A DNA stretch of 63,854 nt, counting the filler, from Saprolegnia diclina VS20 (taxonomy: Eukaryota), in assembly GCF_000281045.1 (NCBI RefSeq). It is 4 parts of 2 records of this genome, joined end to end, with 100 filler letters (N's around TTAATTAATTAA, not from the genome) between each part and the next. Parts side by side here need not be neighbours in the genome. Positions count along the whole stretch, not along the records: positions 62,085 to 63,854 come from NW_008246077.1; 3 more parts are not named here. One strand, given 5' to 3'. Shown here in pieces: positions 62,085 through 63,854 of the stretch. The position numbers were made by a program, and so were the translations under genes. Position 1 is the first letter of the stretch; the number at the start of each line of letters is the position of its first letter. The notes under the pieces were generated by a model. That model saw only the letters and a program-made list of their open reading frames with translations. It ran no database searches and was not told the DNA's origin.

Positions 62085-63576
62085 GCCCCATATATTAATA
62101 TAAATCGCATTAATCTTAATATATTATTGGATTAATGCTTCCTTTTTGTATCCATCAAAATATATTAGATTATATTATTCTGGCAGTCTTTTATATTAAT
62201 CTTTATTAATAATTTTCAGTGGTCGCCGTGATTGGCTGCATTCTTCCAAGCCATGACCGACCCGGAGCGCTCGGCGCTTGACGAGGCGTCCTCTGACCAC
62301 GGGGAAGACGTCGTGGAGTTCGACCAGCACGGCATTCCGGTCACTGTTGGTCATACGGTGAGCGGGGTTGTGCCAGTGTGGACCTACATCCACAAGCTCG
62401 ATAACAACCAAGCGTACAGGAACAAGACGTTCACGCATGTGTGTACCGTGTGCACGCGGGACGTTGCAACGCGCAAGGGACCAGTCGACGCCTGGAAGAC
62501 AGGCCTTGTTACCACGGTCAATACGAGCAATGCCCACAAGCACATGACAAATGCGCACAAGACGCACCCGTTCTCTGTCGACTACATGAAGGCCAAACTC
62601 GAGAAGGCGGTCAAGCGAGTTGCCGACTTTGACGCTGGTCAAGACGCGGCTCCGCCCAAGAAGCGTATGACGCAGCCGACATTGCAGACAACAATAGCCA
62701 AGGCAGCCCGGGACGACGGCACCATCCTCGCATCACGATGGCTCATCGCTAACGGTACCATCCAGCGCGACTTCACTGTCGATCCAACTTGAATAACATG
62801 TCTAGGTCTCGCGTTTAACATTATCGACAACGACCAGTTCCGTACTTTTGTCGCTTCGCTCGGCGGCAAGGCGCCAACTCGGGCATCGTACAACGAAATC
62901 ACTGACGCCGAGTATGCCAACTTTATGACCATTGTGGCAAAAGCGCTGCATGACACGTTTGCGCAGCAGCGACGACGACGACGACATCGACGATGCCTCC
63001 CTCAACATGCGTGCCGTCAGTGTAGACGCCGGCGCAGGCGACCGAGCCGAAGACATGCTGGCAACAGAGGCCACGAAGGTGCTCGATGCGTGGATTGCTC
63101 TGTCCATCGACTGGACTACGCACACGAAGGCCAATGTCATGGACGCCAAGGGCGTAGCCTACGACATGTGGAAGTTGTACAAGGAAGTCGATGTTCTCAA
63201 GTGGTTCAAGGACGTCGGCCAGGTGCATTTTCCAAGCATCGCTATCTCAGCCCGCGTGTATCTCGCAAAACTGATGTCGAACGCGTTTCAAGAGCGCGTT
63301 TTTTCGACTGTCAGCAACATTGTGACGGCAAAGCGCAACGCCGGTGACCCCGCTCGCGTGGGGAAGCTCATTGTGCTCAAGCAAAAGTGGACTGGCGACC
63401 GCCCTGACACGGATGCTAAGTAGTGTCCAATATTAGCGTCAATATTATATAATATATTAATATATTAATGTTGTCCTACGAGTCACTGCTGGAAATATTA
63501 ACCTAAATTAATAGGACCACTTGTCGCTCGACTAATCTATTAATACTGCCCAAATTTGGGTTAATATCGACCTCTG
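62085..63576 (+). mobile_element. Internally deleted hAT DNA transposon (left end lost in the gap)
   Basis: BED finger (VW.YI...CTVC...TSNAHKHM...H) and W....GLAFNIIDN..FR, joined out of frame to the hAT dimerisation domain (VLKWF...FPSIA..AR.YL....SNAFQERVFS). AT-rich subterminal regions. The right end reads CAGAGGTCGATATTAA from outside. Confidence 0.85.
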
Positions 63577-63816
63577 CTGCCACGGGACGTTTCGATTGGC
63601 TGTTACCTTTTCTGCCTCGTCTACGCTCTTTAGCGGCAGCATAACTTCACCGCTATAGAGGCCTCCTATAGCGGCAGACCTCGATTTTTTAGCGATAGCC
63701 ATAACTATAGCGGTGCGTTGGACCACATTTTCACCGCTATAACACCATGCGACATGCAATAACAAGCGTGACAGTTATAGATTAGCTATAGCGGCACCGC
63801 GTTGGAGATGCTCTAA
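63577..63816. mobile_element. PIF/Harbinger (Tourist-like) element right end
   Basis: GTTGGAGATGCTC followed by TAA, i.e. a GAGCATCTCCAAC-type TIR with a TAA target. About five CTATAGCGG/CCGCTATA subterminal repeats in both orientations. Confidence 0.7.
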
Positions 63817-63854
63817 TAGTGCTGTGCTAACGGAGTTACGGTGCGCGGCGACTG

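Overview
Eukaryotic DNA from an oomycete, most likely Saprolegnia or a close relative. This is inferred from GC-rich exons, many short GT-AG introns (mostly ~40-60 nt), oomycete-type INR/FPR and CCAAT promoter motifs, a PH-domain MAPK and a Golgi-type GT60 gene. It is a draft assembly: three 100-nt gaps carry an artificial TTAATTAATTAA six-frame-stop spacer, and there are two plain N gaps. Two gene-dense housekeeping blocks (~1-30 kb and ~44-60 kb) encode a purple acid phosphatase (partial), NOL11, a Ygr210-type Obg GTPase, focadhesin, GT60, TBL1, HIBADH, DNAL1, HDHD5, a CRC/tesmin protein, PFDN3, DDX52, a PH-MAPK, COX18/Oxa1, UTP11, a DUF4203-like protein, eEF1B, EEF2KMT and a glutaredoxin. 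Between them lies a gene-poor region (~31-44 kb) with a DAACS transporter, several decayed copies of an LRR-like family, a Gypsy pol relic, a U2 snRNA gene plus a U2 fragment, palindromes and a short repeat-spacer array. The right end holds a probable Copia relic, a tRNA-derived element, an internally deleted hAT transposon and a PIF/Harbinger-type terminus. The most unusual observations are a CGFS-class glutaredoxin whose active site reads AGFS, two clusters of a 15-bp repeat with unique spacers flanking a gene-like insert, a protein with tandem WRKY/FAR1-like zinc fingers, and a U2 gene with atypical Sm-site and loop IV sequences. I did not find a clearly demonstrable new multi-gene system. 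All calls come from reading motifs by eye, without database searches.
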